A stretch of DNA of 64,000 nucleotides from Adineta vaga. Lineage: Eukaryota; Animalia; Rotifera. Positions 62,468 to 64,000 of the stretch are shown piece after piece. The DNA lies in NCBI GenBank assembly GCA_021613535.1, contig CP075497.1, positions 2,108,001 through 2,172,000 of the forward strand, in the 5' to 3' direction. The first letter of the stretch is position 1. Each line of letters opens with the position of its first letter. The position numbers were made by a program, and so were the translations under genes. The notes beneath the pieces were generated by a model. It did not search any database. It saw only the letters and a program-made list of their open reading frames with translations, and was not told where the DNA came from.

Positions 62468-64000
62468 ATGTATTCAGCCCATGATAACAACGATAATTCC
62501 CTGCGAAATGTCCTTTTCAATGCTGCTGTACAATTAAGTGTTCCAACAGTAACATCAACAGCTTCCGCAGCAACAAAAATGCGTGCAAATTCTTCAACAG
62601 AAGAAACTTTACTAAACTCTCCACGTTCTCGATCGACTGCAGCGAAATCACGAAATAGTCTTACATCTAGTTCGACATATTTTCGACGACATTCTACTTT
62701 TAAAAAAGCGAAAATCTTACGCGATGTCTCGACACAATGTTCATCAACCGTACCAGTTGATGATTCTCCTGAACATGTGGATTTAATCTTAGATAATAAT
62801 AATAATCCAACGAAAACATTATCAATATCTCATACATCGAAAGAATATCTGTCTGTTCCACAAAATGATCATTATCGATCATCGCCAAGTTCGTCACCTA
62901 CTCGATACAAACAATCATTAAAGCATACTTTACTTGGACTATGGCAAGGTTTAAATAATGACGAAGTTCGATCAACATCTTCATCACCCATCGATCCCAA
63001 ATATTTCGATGAACGAGTTCGAATTGTAAGTCTTCTTTTCTCTTTAACCAATAAAAATAACGCATTTTCTTGCTATTAATAGAGTTCACCAAGATGGAAA
63101 GCGTTTTCTAAAGTTGTGACTTCGTTATTAACATTTACCAGAACAAAAAAAGGACGATATGAATGGATACAATTAGTCGGTCATGCAGGTAAAACACTTC
63201 TTCTTACATTGTTTCAATAACTTCAATTATCGTTTTTATGTTCTTCGTTGAAAAACAATAGGAACGTTTAAAGAAGGTTTTCATGATGGTTATGTTTTGA
63301 AAGAATTATGTGATGATGAACGATATTGTTGTGAATTACTTCAGAATGATCGATTAAAATATTTTGTTCCTAAATATAATGGAACTGTTAAAGATGAAGA
63401 AGGAAAACGTAAGAAATGATATTGAATTGAATGTTTGAATACATGGATTTCCTTTAAAGATTATATTGAAATGGAAGATTTATTAGCATCATTTCATGAA
63501 CCATGTATTATGGATTGTAAAATTGGTGTACGAACTTATCTTGAAGAAGATTTAGAGAAATCAGAACGTGATCCAGTTCCAAGAACTGTGAGGGATTTAA
63601 AGACGATCTGGTTTTTTTCTCTTCTAATGAAGCTTTATGTTAGGATTTATATGAAAAAATGATTGCCATTGATCCAAGTGCACCAACGGACAAAGAACAT
63701 GAAGAGAGAAAGATTCTCAAACCACGTTATATGATCTGGCGTGAAACATTAAGTTCCAGTCAAGAATTAGGTTTTCGTATTGAAGCAATCAAAGTAATAT
63801 GATCAATGAAAATACCTTTTTCATATTCATCGAATCTCGTTTTTAGAAATCTCGTGGTTTAATGTCCAAAGAATTTCAACAAATCAAACATCGTGATGAT
63901 GTGCGAAATCAATTAATGCAATTTCTTGCTAATTCTATTCCACGTGCTGTAAGAAAAATCAATTCTTTCATTTGTCTCTCCATTGATTTTTCCATCTACC
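62468..64000 (+). CDS. ITPK: Inositol-trisphosphate 3-kinase, 3'-partial, multi-exon
   Basis: [10 protein letters not shown]|[47 protein letters not shown] (PxxxDxKxG), [40 protein letters not shown]; runs off the window end. Confidence 0.94.

Noticed and set aside
1-64000. Functional cluster of PLC-gamma, GPCR and IP3 3-kinase (IP3 signalling), or of FoxO and DAF-36 (dauer pathway)
   Set aside because: Genes are tens of kb apart with unrelated housekeeping genes between; no evidence beyond coincidence without synteny data.
1-64000. Prokaryotic systems (CRISPR arrays, operons), tRNA or rRNA genes, autonomous transposase or reverse-transcriptase ORFs
   Set aside because: No repeat-spacer array, structured RNA gene or such ORF was seen; spliceosomal introns throughout indicate a eukaryotic nuclear locus.

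Overview
AT-rich, gene-dense eukaryotic DNA with very short (about 46-95 nt) GT-AG introns, metazoan gene content and at least one intron-containing gene of apparent microbial origin. This combination best fits a bdelloid rotifer (inference; no taxonomic search run). Left to right: the 3' part of a PLC-gamma-like gene that appears to lack its SH3 domain; a FoxO without recognisable Akt sites; a small claudin-like tetraspan gene head-to-head with a tandem array of three voltage-gated proton channel (Hv1-like) genes; a frameshifted unknown gene; USP10; a secreted, probably GPI-anchored intradiol ring-cleavage dioxygenase (candidate horizontal acquisition); a decayed zone with a MITE-like element and a nucleotide-sugar epimerase/dehydratase relic; Neverland/DAF-36-like Rieske cholesterol 7-desaturase; a B-box/coiled-coil protein; tetraspanin; FoxJ1; a Crypton/DUF3504-type core-binding-domain protein; several small unknowns; CCDC170; TM9SF3; a doubly frameshifted GH18 chitinase; a TMEM272-like protein; a class A peptide-type GPCR; and the 5' part of an inositol-trisphosphate 3-kinase. 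The best candidate for an undescribed system is the mosaic three-gene Hv1 array (Asn214-equivalent replaced by Ser, divergent His sites, long C-terminal domain) with its divergently transcribed claudin-like neighbour. All exon models were spliced by eye and need RNA-seq confirmation. No rRNA, tRNA or CRISPR features were seen.
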